NCBI GenBank assembly: GCA_963787125.1 | Contig: CAWBBV010000012.1 | Coordinates: 1 to 64,000, forward strand | Direction of reading: 5' to 3' | DNA: 64,000 nucleotides | DNA from: an uncultured delta proteobacterium | GTDB taxonomy: Bacteria > Desulfobacterota > Desulfuromonadia > Geobacterales > DSM-12255 | Shown here: piece after piece, positions 39,629-50,590 of the stretch | Numbering within the stretch: position 1 is the stretch's first letter | Layout of the letters: each line of letters starts with the position of its first letter | Notes under the pieces: generated by a model | Databases searched by the model: none | Told to the model about the DNA's origin: nothing | What the model saw: the letters and a program-made list of their open reading frames with translations, nothing else | Position numbers and translations under genes: made by a program

Positions 39629-42600
39629 ATGTTCAGGGCAGTTACCCTTGTTTCTATCCTTATCCTGTCAGTCATATTCAGCCAGACTGCTGTCTCTCCA
39701 GCTGTCGCACTGGTAAAGGAGCCTTCACCTGAGAGTAAACAGGAGGTCCTTCCCGGTAAGAAAGCTGTTGAAAGGTCAACTGCCGTCAAGGCTGCTCCTG
39801 TCAGGCCGGTTGCCATAAACCTGCGCTGTCCCGATGGACAGGCATGGAGTGACGAGATTGTTGCCAGAAGTGTCAATGTGTCGGTGGAAAGGCTCATGGC
39901 GCTGAAAATTGCCCGCTCCCTGACGAACGATCAGGTCTGCACGCTTCCGGATCCAATATTGAAACGCGCCTGGACCAAGCTGGAGACCGGCAAGGCAGGC
40001 TATCCCGATGCCTGGGCGGAGTTTCGCGACATGCAGCGGCGTAGCGACGACGGTAAGGTCAGGCAGGACGGCCTGATGAAAGGTTTTGAACACCGTAAGG
40101 CTGTCCTGAAGAAAATATCCGAGAAGAAAAAAGCGAAATCAGTCGGGAAATCAGACTCGTTGCCTCCAATCGTGCAGCTACCGGCAACCGATCCCTCCAT
40201 ATCAGCGGGGACGGTTATCGACATTCCAATTTCCGCCGTGGATACCGGTCTGGCCGGTATTGCCTCAAATCAATGGACAGAGATCGGGCCGGGAAACATT
40301 GGCGGTAGAATCAGAGCAATCCTTATTGATCCGGATAACACCGGCAGTATCTGGGTCGGTGGAGTAGCCGGTGGCATATTTCACAGTAGCAATTATGGGG
40401 CGTCTTTTAGTCCGGTGAACGATTTCATGGCAAACCTGGCCATCAGTAGCCTGGTTATGGATCCGGCCAACCACGATACCATGTACGCCGGCACCGGGGA
40501 GGGCTTTTTCAATGCGGACGGAGTGCACGGTTACGGTGTTTTCAAGTCTACCGACCGCGGCACTACCTGGAACTTCCTCACGGCAACCACTCCATCGACG
40601 AATATTGGCAACTACGCTTACGGCTGGTATTATGTGAATCGCCTTGCCATCTCCGGCAATGGTGCGACCCTCCTCGCTGCCACACGGGGAGGCTACTCAA
40701 ATTACGGCGGCAGTATCTACCGTTCGACCGACGGCGGCACTACCTGGAACCAGCGCTACTCGGCAGCCCGGATCCTGGATGTGCGCTTCGATCCGAACGA
40801 TCCGAACAAGGCGCTTGCCGCTTCAGAGAATTACAACACAAGTACGTCGCAATATGACAACTCCATCATCGCCTCAACCGACGCCGGACTGACCTGGACT
40901 GCAAAAAAGACCTTTTCGTCTGCCGCCACGATAAGAATCGAACTTGCCTATACCAAAGCCAATTCCCAGATTGTCTATGCCTCGGTCGACCAGAACAGCG
41001 GCGAGATCTGGAAATCCAGCGACGGCGGCACAACCTGGACACTGACTGCAACCCCGCAACATTTAGGGAACCAGGGGGGGTACGATAACACCATCTGGGT
41101 TGATCCGACTGACACAAATCATGTTGTCACTGCCGGACTCGATGTATACCGCTCCACAAACGGCGGCACGACCTTTACCAAGATCAGCAACTGGGGGAAC
41201 AACCAGTCTGATATCCGTTACGGCAGCGGCACTTCCCACACCCCCCATGCCGACCATCATGCCCTGGTCTCTGATCCAGGTTATAACGGAACAAGCAATC
41301 GATTACTCTATAACGGCAATGACGGCGGGCTTTACCGTGCGTCCGACGTTACCCTCGCCGGTCAGACCAGCGGCTGGGACGAGTTGAACAACGGCATCGG
41401 CCTGACCCAGTTCTACAGCGTTGCCGGGAAGAGTTCCGCCGGAACAACGATTGTCGGCGGTACTCAGGACAACGGCATGCTCTACAACGGCGGGCCGGGG
41501 ACGAACTGGAAAATGTTTCAGGGTGGGGACGGCGGCTTCGGCGCTGTGGATGCCACCAATGACAACTACCTCTACGGCGAGTATGTCTATCTGCAGATCG
41601 GCCGGTCGACAGACCGTGGCGCCAACTATGCCTACATTGACACTACCAATGTCTCTAGCAAGCTTACTGATGCCCGCGTCAGCACTAACGCCAATTTCAT
41701 CGCCCCTTTTATCCTGGATCCCAATGACAGCAACCGGATGCTGGCCGGAGGACTCTCCCTCTGGCAAAATATGGCAGTGCGGACAGGCGATTCCTGGACC
41801 GCGATCAAGGTCTCCACTGGGAGCAAGATAAGCGCAATAGCCGTAGCTGAGGGGAATCCCAATATCGCCTGGGTCGGGCACAATAACGGTGCTGTCTACC
41901 GGACAGCGAACAGTCTCAATGCCACCCCAACCTGGATCCAGGTCAGCAGCGGAACGAGCGGCACAACCCAGGGGAGGGTGGTCAATCGTGTCGTCATTGA
42001 CAGGGATGATGCAAATAAAGTTTATGTCTCTTACGGCGGCTACAATAACAATAACCTCTGGAGTACCACGGACAACGGTGCGACATGGACTGATCTGAAC
42101 TCGCCAGCCAGGGTCATACCGGCTGTGCCGATCTTTGCCGTTGCCCGCCACCCGTCAATGGCCAGCTGGCTCTATGCCGGCACCGAGGTCGGTCTCTTTA
42201 CCAGCCAGGACGGCGGCGGCACATGGTCTGCAACCAACGACGGCCCTGCCAACGTGGAGATCAGCGATCTTGTCTGGCGCAACAGCACAACCCTGATTGC
42301 CGCAACCCACGGCAGGGGTATATTCACTGCTACGGCAAGCAACCAGAGCGCCTCGGCTACGGCGCTTATCGCTAACAGCAACCCCTCGACCTACGGCCAG
42401 ACAGTTGCCTTTACCGCCACTGTCACCCCGGCAAGCGCCACCGGCACTGTAACCTTTATGGACGGCGCGACCTTCCTCGGAAGCGCTACCCTTGCCGGTG
42501 GCAGTGCTGTCTTCTCTACCGCCGGGCTTGGGAGCGGCAGTCACAGCATCACTGCTGTCTATGGTAGCGACAGCAGCTATTTCGGTTCCACCTCAGCGGC

Positions 42601-43141
42601 TCTCACCCAGACCATCAACCCGGCAACGCTGACTGTTACCGCTGATGCCCAGAGCAAATACTCCGGAGCATCTGACCCGATTCTTACCTATAGCGTCTCC
42701 GGTCTGGTCAATGGCGATACGCTGACGGTCATGGGGGGGAGCCTGTCCAGAGCTCCCGGCGAGACGGTCGGAACTTATGCCATCCTCAAGGGAAGTCTTA
42801 ACGCCGGCGCCAATTACACGATTACCTATGTTGCCGCAAATCTGACCATCACAGCACCACTGCTTGTCAGAGTGATGGTTACCGGGCAACCTGATGCCCA
42901 GTATGCCAGCCTTGCCGATGCTGTTGCTGCCGTGACTGTCGGCACGACAATATCAATGCAGCTCGTCGGCGGCGATATAATGGAGGGGCTCACCTTGTCG
43001 ACCGATGCAGTGCTCAATCTTGTTGGCGGCTATAACGCCGCCCTGACCCAGAAAACGGACGGTCTCTTCACCACCTTGCATGGCAGTTTGACAATCACAA
43101 GCGGCACGGTAAGTGTGAATAGTCTGGCTCTGGCGCCATAG
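39629..43141 (+). CDS. Large secreted beta-propeller (BNR/Asp-box) protein with Ig-like and MBG-like domains
   Basis: Signal peptide; many S/T-x-D-x-G-x-T-W Asp-boxes; NPSTYGQTVAFTATV Ig-like domain; LTVTADAQSK...DP.LTY MBG-like domain. Confidence 0.85.
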   Translation: MFRAVTLVSILILSVIFSQTAVSPAVALVKEPSPESKQEVLPGKKAVERSTAVKAAPVRPVAINLRCPDGQAWSDEIVARSVNVSVERLMALKIARSLTNDQVCTLPDPILKRAWTKLETGKAGYPDAWAEFRDMQRRSDDGKVRQDGLMKGFEHRKAVLKKISEKKKAKSVGKSDSLPPIVQLPATDPSISAGTVIDIPISAVDTGLAGIASNQWTEIGPGNIGGRIRAILIDPDNTGSIWVGGVAGGIFHSSNYGASFSPVNDFMANLAISSLVMDPANHDTMYAGTGEGFFNADGVHGYGVFKSTDRGTTWNFLTATTPSTNIGNYAYGWYYVNRLAISGNGATLLAATRGGYSNYGGSIYRSTDGGTTWNQRYSAARILDVRFDPNDPNKALAASENYNTSTSQYDNSIIASTDAGLTWTAKKTFSSAATIRIELAYTKANSQIVYASVDQNSGEIWKSSDGGTTWTLTATPQHLGNQGGYDNTIWVDPTDTNHVVTAGLDVYRSTNGGTTFTKISNWGNNQSDIRYGSGTSHTPHADHHALVSDPGYNGTSNRLLYNGNDGGLYRASDVTLAGQTSGWDELNNGIGLTQFYSVAGKSSAGTTIVGGTQDNGMLYNGGPGTNWKMFQGGDGGFGAVDATNDNYLYGEYVYLQIGRSTDRGANYAYIDTTNVSSKLTDARVSTNANFIAPFILDPNDSNRMLAGGLSLWQNMAVRTGDSWTAIKVSTGSKISAIAVAEGNPNIAWVGHNNGAVYRTANSLNATPTWIQVSSGTSGTTQGRVVNRVVIDRDDANKVYVSYGGYNNNNLWSTTDNGATWTDLNSPARVIPAVPIFAVARHPSMASWLYAGTEVGLFTSQDGGGTWSATNDGPANVEISDLVWRNSTTLIAATHGRGIFTATASNQSASATALIANSNPSTYGQTVAFTATVTPASATGTVTFMDGATFLGSATLAGGSAVFSTAGLGSGSHSITAVYGSDSSYFGSTSAALTQTINPATLTVTADAQSKYSGASDPILTYSVSGLVNGDTLTVMGGSLSRAPGETVGTYAILKGSLNAGANYTITYVAANLTITAPLLVRVMVTGQPDAQYASLADAVAAVTVGTTISMQLVGGDIMEGLTLSTDAVLNLVGGYNAALTQKTDGLFTTLHGSLTITSGTVSVNSLALAP

Positions 43142-43303
43142 GAGCCTGTCGGACTTAGGATAAATCTGCTGCAAATCCGTCTGGACGGTCCATATTTCGC
43201 CGCTTTCTTGGTCAATAGAACAACTATTGACCTTCAAAATCGACAAAATCTGTCCTTGCCCAGCCGAATTTTCGCTTAGATTTCCTAAGTCCGACAGGCT
43301 CCT
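43140..43303. mobile_element. MITE, 164 bp, with 21-bp perfect terminal inverted repeats
   Basis: AGGAGCCTGTCGGACTTAGGA ... TCCTAAGTCCGACAGGCTCCT; internal hairpin GGTCAATAG/CTATTGACC. Confidence 0.85.
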
Positions 43304-43313
43304 GATACAATTT

Positions 43314-44276
43314 TTAAGACAACGCGGCAAACTCCCATGCTGCCCCGGCAGCACCCATCAAGCCGGCATTATCTCCAAGTGCACCCCGGAGTAGCTTGAC
43401 TCTGGAGGCAGGCAGGGCAAAGGCTCTTTGTTCCAGCTCTTTGCTGATTGCCGGGGCAAGCAGGTCAAAACTTGCCGCAACGCCACCCCCCAGGATTATG
43501 GCCTCCAGATTCAGCATATTTGCCGCTGTTGCTGCGGCAATACCGAGATAACGTCCCGCTTCATGGAAGCATTCGACGGCCAGGATATCGCCACTGGCAG
43601 CAGCTGCTGCGATAACTGCAGTTGTTAGCGACTCCCTAGGTGTTTCACTCAAACAGCTTTCAGCCCCTGCCGCTAGTTTCGCTTTTGCCAATCTTGTAAT
43701 GGCGGTGGCGGATGCGTACTGCTCAAGGCAGCCGTGATTGCCGCATTGGCAAAGGTGCCCCTGGGGTTCAACTGTTGCGTGGCCGTATTCTGCGGCAACG
43801 CCATCTTTTCCCGTCCAGAGTTTGCCGTCAAGAATCAGGCCGCTACCGACGCCGGTACCGAGAGTAAAATGCAATAGCGAGCTGAAATTTCTACCTGCGC
43901 CGTAATGCTGCTCGGCAACTGCAGCGGCGTTGGCGTCATTATGAATGACAACCGGTCGTCCCGAGAGGTTTTCCAGCCATTGCCGCAGATTGAAGCCTTC
44001 AATCGGTTTGAGGTTTACTGATGAGATTATTTCGCCGGCACGATTAATAAGCCCCGGAACGCCGGCGCCGACGGCAATTATTTCCTGGCCTGACTCTGCC
44101 GCCAGGCGGTTGATGGTTGTATATTCTGATTTGATGGTGGCAAGAAAAGCGTTTAACCCTGCATTGGTCTGACTGTCGAATTTGGATCTGGCCGTAACTG
44201 TGCCGTTTTTTGCCACTAACGCCAGACGGATATTGGTGCCACCGATATCCATAGCAAGGACTGCCAGGTTTTTCAT
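43314..44276 (-). CDS. ROK-family sugar kinase (glucokinase-like)
   Basis: DIGGT, NDANAAA, TLGTGVG, EYGH, CQCGNHGCLE. Confidence 0.92.
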   Translation of the reverse strand: MKNLAVLAMDIGGTNIRLALVAKNGTVTARSKFDSQTNAGLNAFLATIKSEYTTINRLAAESGQEIIAVGAGVPGLINRAGEIISSVNLKPIEGFNLRQWLENLSGRPVVIHNDANAAAVAEQHYGAGRNFSSLLHFTLGTGVGSGLILDGKLWTGKDGVAAEYGHATVEPQGHLCQCGNHGCLEQYASATAITRLAKAKLAAGAESCLSETPRESLTTAVIAAAAASGDILAVECFHEAGRYLGIAAATAANMLNLEAIILGGGVAASFDLLAPAISKELEQRAFALPASRVKLLRGALGDNAGLMGAAGAAWEFAALS

Positions 44277-44464
44277 GTTTTGCACTCCTAAAAAATTATT
44301 CAGTGCTTAATGTAATAATGTTATATGGCTAACGGCTTGGAAAGTTTGAGCAATAAATCTGGTGTGATATTATTAACCAGGCAGCGCTGTTTTACAACAG
44401 GTTGCAACAGGAGCGATTAAGCTGGCAAGAGTAGAATGGGGGTATATTTTTACTTATAATAAAC

Positions 44465-44493
44465 TTGACATGCCTAAGTGATGGGGCTAATCT
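44465..44493 (+). promoter_or_regulatory. Putative sigma70 promoter for maeB
   Basis: TTGACA-N17-TAATCT. Confidence 0.5.
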
Positions 44494-44592
44494 GGTAAAA
44501 ATCGAATCAATCTAGCTTATGTGTGAAAAAGTTATCTGATGTCAATAACTTAAATTTTAACGCAGCTAAAAAACCAGAAGGAGATATCTGAA

Positions 44593-46848
44593 ATGGGAAA
44601 AAAGATGGATGCGCTTGAATATCATTCCATGGGGCGCAAAGGGAAGATAGAAGTTATCGCTACAAAGCCTTGTCAGACAGCACGTGATCTCTCGCTTGCC
44701 TACTCTCCCGGTGTTGCCGAACCTTGCCTCGCTATTCAGAAAAACCCCGCGGATGCCTACAAGTACACTGCCAAGGGAAACCTTGTGGCGGTTGTCTCCA
44801 ACGGGACCGCAGTTCTTGGCCTTGGTAACCTGGGGGCCCTGGCCGGCAAGCCGGTTATGGAGGGGAAAGGGGTTCTCTTTAAGCGCTTTGCCGATATCGA
44901 TGTTTTCGACATCGAACTGGACACCGAAAACCCCGATGAGATCATCAAGGCGTGCCAGCTTCTTGAGCCGACCTTCGGCGGTATTAATCTTGAGGATATC
45001 AAGGCTCCGGAATGTTTCTATATTGAAGAAGAACTGAAGCGGACCATGAATATTCCGGTTTTTCATGACGATCAGCACGGTACCGCCATTATCTGTTCCG
45101 CCGCGCTCCTCAATGCGCTTCATATTGTCGGCAAGAAAATTGAGGATATACGTATCGTTGTTAACGGTGCCGGCGCCTCGGCCAACTCCTGTGCCAAACT
45201 GGCGATAGCGCTTGGAGTCCAACCTAATAATATGATCATGTGTGACACCAAAGGGGTTATCTACAAAGGTCGTGTTGAAGGGATGAATCCTTACAAGGCG
45301 CTCTTTGCGGCAGACACCCATTTCCGTACCCTGGATGAAGCCGCAGCCGGAGCTGACGTTCTTTTCGGCCTTTCGGCCAAAGATGCCTTTACGCCGGAGA
45401 TGGTTGCCAGCATGGCGCCTGATCCGATCATCTTTGCCATGGCCAATCCTGACCCTGAAATCACCCCCGAGGTTGCCCATGCCGTCCGCAAGGATGTCAT
45501 TATTGCCACCGGCCGCTCAGATTATCCCAACCAGGTCAATAACGTTCTCGGTTTCCCCTTTATCTTCCGTGGCGCCCTCGATGTTCATGCCAGCTCCATC
45601 AATGAAGAGATGAAACTGGCCGCAGTCAAGGCTATTGCCAGTCTTGCCCGTGAAGAGGTGCCTGACTCTGTCTGCAAGGCCTACGGTAATGTCAAGTTCA
45701 CCTTTGGCCGTGATTATATTATCCCGAAACCGTTTGATTCCCGGGTTCTGCTCCACGTTGCCCCGGCAATTGCCCAGGCAGCCATGGACAGCGGGGTTGC
45801 CCGTCAGCCGATTGAGGATATGGAAAAGTATATTGAGCATCTTGAATCCACCCAGGGTAAATCAAAAGAGATAACCCGTCAGATCATCAACAAGGCCAAA
45901 GCTGACCCGAAAAGGATTGTTTTCCCTGAAGGGGATAACGAAAAGATCCTCCGCGCAGCCAAGGAGCTGATTGAGGAAGGAATAGCCATTCCTATTCTCG
46001 TCGGCAATGAAGAGAAGATCCGTTCAGCCATGGTTGAGCTCGGACTGGACCTTAACGGAGTCTCAATAATAGATCCGGCTACCTATGAAAAATCCGATGA
46101 GTATGCCGCAGAGCTTTTCCGTCTTCGCCAGAGGAAAGGTCTGACCTTGTCAGAAGCAAAAAGGCTTATTACCAGGAAGTCCCGTACTCATTTCGGTTGC
46201 ATGATGGTGCGCCAGGGTGATGCGGACACGCTTCTTTCCGGGATTGATACCCATTATCCCGAAACCATTCGGCCGGCCCTCGAAGTCATCGGTAAGAAAG
46301 AGGGGCTTTCCAGTGTTCACGGCCTTTATATGATGGTGTTCAAGAACAGGGTTGTGCTGATGGCTGATACGACAGTTTGTATCGATCCTACCCCTGAAGA
46401 GCTTGCCGAGACTGCCATACTGGCAGCTGAAAAGGCGAAAATGCTCGATATTGAGCCGACTGTGGCGATGCTTTCTTTCTCCAACTTCGGTTCGGTTAAT
46501 CACCCGTTGACAACAAAAGTAAAAAAGGCTGTGGAAATTGTCAAGAAGCGGGCTCCGGAGCTGATAGTTGATGGGGAGATGCAGGCGGATACGGCGGTCG
46601 TTACTGAAATACTCCAGAAGAGTTTCCCGTTTGCGTCACTCAAAGAGGCGGCAAACATTATGGTTTTCCCTGACCTTAACTCCGGTAATATCTGTTACAA
46701 ACTGCTTCACCATCTTGGCGAAGCAGAGGCTATCGGCCCGATTCTTATGGGAATGAACAAGCCGGTTCATGTTCTTCAGCGCGGTGATGATGTGAACGAT
46801 ATCATCAATATGGCGGCATTAGCTGTTGTGGATGCGCAAAACTGTTAG
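44593..46848 (+). CDS. maeB: NADP-dependent malic enzyme with phosphotransacetylase-like domain
   Basis: [39 protein letters not shown]-terminal VFPEG...DGEMQAD. Confidence 0.97.
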   Translation: MGKKMDALEYHSMGRKGKIEVIATKPCQTARDLSLAYSPGVAEPCLAIQKNPADAYKYTAKGNLVAVVSNGTAVLGLGNLGALAGKPVMEGKGVLFKRFADIDVFDIELDTENPDEIIKACQLLEPTFGGINLEDIKAPECFYIEEELKRTMNIPVFHDDQHGTAIICSAALLNALHIVGKKIEDIRIVVNGAGASANSCAKLAIALGVQPNNMIMCDTKGVIYKGRVEGMNPYKALFAADTHFRTLDEAAAGADVLFGLSAKDAFTPEMVASMAPDPIIFAMANPDPEITPEVAHAVRKDVIIATGRSDYPNQVNNVLGFPFIFRGALDVHASSINEEMKLAAVKAIASLAREEVPDSVCKAYGNVKFTFGRDYIIPKPFDSRVLLHVAPAIAQAAMDSGVARQPIEDMEKYIEHLESTQGKSKEITRQIINKAKADPKRIVFPEGDNEKILRAAKELIEEGIAIPILVGNEEKIRSAMVELGLDLNGVSIIDPATYEKSDEYAAELFRLRQRKGLTLSEAKRLITRKSRTHFGCMMVRQGDADTLLSGIDTHYPETIRPALEVIGKKEGLSSVHGLYMMVFKNRVVLMADTTVCIDPTPEELAETAILAAEKAKMLDIEPTVAMLSFSNFGSVNHPLTTKVKKAVEIVKKRAPELIVDGEMQADTAVVTEILQKSFPFASLKEAANIMVFPDLNSGNICYKLLHHLGEAEAIGPILMGMNKPVHVLQRGDDVNDIINMAALAVVDAQNC

Positions 46849-46868
46849 GATAGCTTGTATTTAGGCAT

Positions 46869-46905
46869 AAAAAAAGCCCGGCAGATTATCTGCCGGGCTT
46901 TTTTT
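46869..46905. terminator. Bidirectional Rho-independent terminator
   Basis: A-run, GCCCGGCAGA-tta-TCTGCCGGGC, T-run between convergent maeB and lnt. Confidence 0.9.
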
Positions 46906-48465
46906 CTACTGGACAGTCGCCGTTTTCTCCCGCCTCTTTTTCAGCAGGATCATGTTGATGACAATCAGACAAACCGTGCTGCACCCCAAAGCGAAAACAT
47001 CTCCGAATCTTGTATAAAGCGTCCTCTCAACACCCATTCTGATATTGCCGGTAAGCAGGGTTTCGCGGAAGAGCCTGGACATCCCCTGGATATGGCCACG
47101 ACTGTCAATAAAGGCCGTTATGCCAGTATTGGCGGATCTTACCAATGGCACTCTGTTTTCAACCGCTCTAAAGACAGTCATGGAAAGGTGCTGGTAAGGT
47201 GCGGATGAATCCCCGAACCAGGCGTCGTTAGTGATGTTAACCAGCAGTCCGGCACCGTTGCGCACGTATTCTCTTGATATTTCCGGGAAGATCCCTTCAA
47301 AACAGATAAGTAGCCCCAGCTTGCCAAAGGGTGCGCTAAGAGGAGCGACACTTTTTCCCGGGGAAAAGTCACCTATCCCCTGCACCATCTTTTTAACAAA
47401 AGGGAGGAGATTTGCCAGCGGAACGTACTCACCAAAAGGAACAAGGTGAATCTTGTCCGACCTCCCGACTGTTGTGCCGTCAGGAGCGATAAGAAAACCG
47501 CTGTTGAGAAGCCTCTCCTTGCCGTTTTCATACTCTAAAGCCGGGCTGCTGACAACCAGATAGGAATTAAGCTCCCTGGCAAGAGAACTGATCCTTTTAG
47601 AGTATTCCAGCTCTTTCTGAAAAAAGAACGGCAGTGAGCTCTCCGGCCAGACGACCAGATCGGTGGCTGTCCCCAAACTCTTCCGGGAAAGTCGCTCGTA
47701 GATTGCCACTGTCTCTTCCTGAAAGGCAGGATCCCACTTGACATCCTGGGGTATATTCCCCTGGGCAAGGCTGACCCTAAGTTCTTTACCGGTTTCTTCA
47801 CGGTTAAGGGTGATAAAGCCGTATGCGATGGTTATAAGCAGTAAAGGTATTGCTGCCGCAGTTGCCAGAAAAGGGTAGGTTGCGCCGTCTTTCCCTCTGA
47901 CCCATCTCCAGAGTTGATAGAGAAAGAGATTAACCGTCAGGATCAAAAAGGAGACGCCGTAAACACCGGTTATGTCGGCAATCTGGATAATTGGAAGTGT
48001 CCGGAATTGGGTATAGCCCAGCGCAGCCCAAGGGAAGCCGGTGAGCAGGTGTGCCCTTGAAAATTCCAGTGCCACCCAGATAAAAGGAAAAGTCAGTAAC
48101 GCAGGGACGGAGTGTTCTTCGGCAAAACGACTCAGACCGGCAGCTGCAGCAAGATAGAGGGCAAGATATGCTGCCATTAACATGGTTAAACAGAAGCTTA
48201 CCGGTAGCGGAAGTTTCCCGTAAGTTGTCATGACGATATTAAGCCAGTAAAAAATACCGCAATAGGCAACAAAGCCGGAGATAAAGCCGAGTTTGAAGGA
48301 GCTCTTTGGCGACTTGCCCCTTATTGCATAAAAAAGCGGGAGAAAAGCAACCCAGGCAAGGATAGACAGTCCCGGTTTTGGAAAGGAGAGAGCCAGGAGT
48401 ACGCCTGAAAGTGAAGCGCAAACCCAGGGGCTGAGTGGGGTTATTTTAGAAAGGAGACTGTTCAC
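46906..48465 (-). CDS. lnt: Apolipoprotein N-acyltransferase
   Basis: [33 protein letters not shown]. Confidence 0.96.
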   Translation of the reverse strand: MNSLLSKITPLSPWVCASLSGVLLALSFPKPGLSILAWVAFLPLFYAIRGKSPKSSFKLGFISGFVAYCGIFYWLNIVMTTYGKLPLPVSFCLTMLMAAYLALYLAAAAGLSRFAEEHSVPALLTFPFIWVALEFSRAHLLTGFPWAALGYTQFRTLPIIQIADITGVYGVSFLILTVNLFLYQLWRWVRGKDGATYPFLATAAAIPLLLITIAYGFITLNREETGKELRVSLAQGNIPQDVKWDPAFQEETVAIYERLSRKSLGTATDLVVWPESSLPFFFQKELEYSKRISSLARELNSYLVVSSPALEYENGKERLLNSGFLIAPDGTTVGRSDKIHLVPFGEYVPLANLLPFVKKMVQGIGDFSPGKSVAPLSAPFGKLGLLICFEGIFPEISREYVRNGAGLLVNITNDAWFGDSSAPYQHLSMTVFRAVENRVPLVRSANTGITAFIDSRGHIQGMSRLFRETLLTGNIRMGVERTLYTRFGDVFALGCSTVCLIVINMILLKKRREKTATVQ

Positions 48466-49322
48466 TACTCCTGTACCGGTTCCAGGGATGATTCTATAAC
48501 TCTTTCGGCACGCAGTTTGCCGATGCGGCGCTCGCCTGCAGACAGGACCGTCAGACGGATACCGTTTGAAACAATATTATCGCCGGCTTTTGGAACACGA
48601 CCAAATAGGTAAAAAATCAGGCCTCCTAAAGTATCGAATTTCTCCCGTTCGACTTCGATCTCAAATAGTTCTTCAAACTCTTCAATCGGTAATCTTGCAT
48701 CAACTACAGTCGATCCGTCAGGCTGCAGTTGAATCAGTTCTTCTTCAATATCGTGTTCATCCTGAATATCTCCGACAATCTGCTCCAGAAGATCCTCAAT
48801 TGTTATAAGACCGGAAGTCCCACCATATTCGTCGATAACAATGGCTATATGGACACGACGCTTCTTGAATTCTTGCAGCAGGTTTTCCAGCTTCTTGGTT
48901 TCAGGCACGTAAAACGGCTGGCGGGCGATCTTTCTGATGTCAAGCCCCGGAGAATCCATTCTCCAGTGTTTGAGAAGGTCCTTTGCATACAGTACACCGG
49001 TGATGTTGTCCACCGTACCCTCATAAACAGGGATTCTCGAGTGGCCACATTCAATGATGGTTGCGATCAGTTCATCGGTAGAAACATCAACAGGAATACA
49101 CGCCATGTCAGTTCGGGGAACCATGACTTCGCGGACAACAGTCTCACCAAGGGCGAAGATGGCCTTGATCATCTCACTCTCTTCCTCGTTGATAAGCCCC
49201 TCTTCCTCACTGGCCTCCATCAGTTCGTGAAGCTCTTCCTCCGTAACCTTTTTACGGCTCGAAAAAAGCTTGGCTAAACCGCTGAAAATACCTGATTTTC
49301 TGTTCGAAAAGTCGTTGTCCAC
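48465..49322 (-). CDS. corC: CBS-pair/CorC-HlyC protein (CorC/YbeX-like)
   Basis: [33 protein letters not shown]. Confidence 0.88.
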   Translation of the reverse strand: MDNDFSNRKSGIFSGLAKLFSSRKKVTEEELHELMEASEEEGLINEEESEMIKAIFALGETVVREVMVPRTDMACIPVDVSTDELIATIIECGHSRIPVYEGTVDNITGVLYAKDLLKHWRMDSPGLDIRKIARQPFYVPETKKLENLLQEFKKRRVHIAIVIDEYGGTSGLITIEDLLEQIVGDIQDEHDIEEELIQLQPDGSTVVDARLPIEEFEELFEIEVEREKFDTLGGLIFYLFGRVPKAGDNIVSNGIRLTVLSAGERRIGKLRAERVIESSLEPVQE

Positions 49323-49408
49323 CTTTACAGCTACCCCCGAATATATTTAAATTCCCTTCGACTCCGCTCGAAAAACAGACTTGCAGCATAGCTGCTTATC
49401 AGGCGTTC

Positions 49409-50116
49409 CTATGCAAACCATTTAAAAAGAAGAGTTACCAGCAGCGTAATTGTGAAACCTGTGACAGCTCCGAGAATAATCTCCTTCAGAGTATGAATAT
49501 GCAAGAGGAGCCTTGAATGGCTCACCATGATTGCCAGCGTGATGGTCAGCAGTGAAATGATCGGATCCTGGGTTGAGAGCGTCACCAGAGTGGCAATGGA
49601 AAAGGCTACGGCAGCGTGACCGCTGATAAAGCCGCCGTGAAAAGGGGTGCCTTTGCCGGACAGGGTTTTCAGCATGACAGCGGCTATAATCACGACAAGC
49701 AGCGACACAAGTGCTGCCATCTCGGCCGGAGTTCCAATCATGGCAAGAAGCTCCTTGTAAACAGGGAATATGTAGGACGATAGTATCAGATAACCGGTAA
49801 CAAGAGCACCTACAACTGAGAGCAACACACTTCCTGCTGCGACATCTTTGGCAATTTTGGCCATGGGATGAAATTCAGTGGTAACGAGGTCAACAACTGC
49901 TTCTATGGCGGTATTCATCATTTCAGCAAAAAGTACAAACGAGATTGAAATGGCGAGCAGGATGAATTCAACCGGAGAAACTTTTAAAAAGAGCGCACAA
50001 AGAAGCACAACCGCCGCGAAGATAAAGTGATTTCTCATATGCCTTTCGCTGCGGGCTGTATGGAGAACACCATCAATGGCGCAGTTAAGTGAATCTATGA
50101 ATCTTGAAGGTTTCAT
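49409..50116 (-). CDS. Diacylglycerol/undecaprenol kinase fused to a PAP2 phosphatase-like domain
   Basis: EMMNTAIE, AKDVAAG; C-terminal SGHAA and SR...IHT..E. Confidence 0.88.
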   Translation of the reverse strand: MKPSRFIDSLNCAIDGVLHTARSERHMRNHFIFAAVVLLCALFLKVSPVEFILLAISISFVLFAEMMNTAIEAVVDLVTTEFHPMAKIAKDVAAGSVLLSVVGALVTGYLILSSYIFPVYKELLAMIGTPAEMAALVSLLVVIIAAVMLKTLSGKGTPFHGGFISGHAAVAFSIATLVTLSTQDPIISLLTITLAIMVSHSRLLLHIHTLKEIILGAVTGFTITLLVTLLFKWFA

Positions 50117-50137
50117 AAAATTACGCTATCCGCCGGA

Positions 50138-50590
50138 TCAGAGCAGCCCTTCGTTCGCAAGTGAAGCAAATATTTCTGCTTCTTTTGCCTCCATTCGCTG
50201 CGCTTCTTCCTCTCCAGAGCGTTCGTGGTCATAGCCGGTCAGGTGAAGAATGCCGTGAAGCAGCAGGAACACAAGTCTTTCGTGAAAAGAGATGCCGCCT
50301 TCGTCGGCTTCCTTGGCGGCTGTATCGGCAGATATGACGACATCTCCAAGCAGTTCCGGATTCATTGCGCCAAATTCGCCCTCCTGCATGGAAAAAGAGA
50401 TTACGTTTGTCGGGCGATCTTTATGAAGGTATTCCCTGTTCAAAACTCTCATTGTCCTGTCACCAACAATTGACACGGAAAGTTCGCTAGAAGTACATCC
50501 CAAGTCGCTTAAGATCTTCGCAGCTGCCGCTCTTACCCTCAGGGTCGCAACTTTCCGGCGTCTTTGGCGGTTCATGATCGCAATGTTCAT
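50138..50590 (-). CDS. ybeY: rRNA maturation endoribonuclease YbeY
   Basis: LNREY, PTNVISF, LGDVVIS, HGILHLTGYDH. Confidence 0.95.
   Translation of the reverse strand: MNIAIMNRQRRRKVATLRVRAAAAKILSDLGCTSSELSVSIVGDRTMRVLNREYLHKDRPTNVISFSMQEGEFGAMNPELLGDVVISADTAAKEADEGGISFHERLVFLLLHGILHLTGYDHERSGEEEAQRMEAKEAEIFASLANEGLL

Noticed and set aside
49354..49369. REP-like fragment CCCTTCGACTCCGCTC
   Set aside because: Single short partial copy with no partner in the window.
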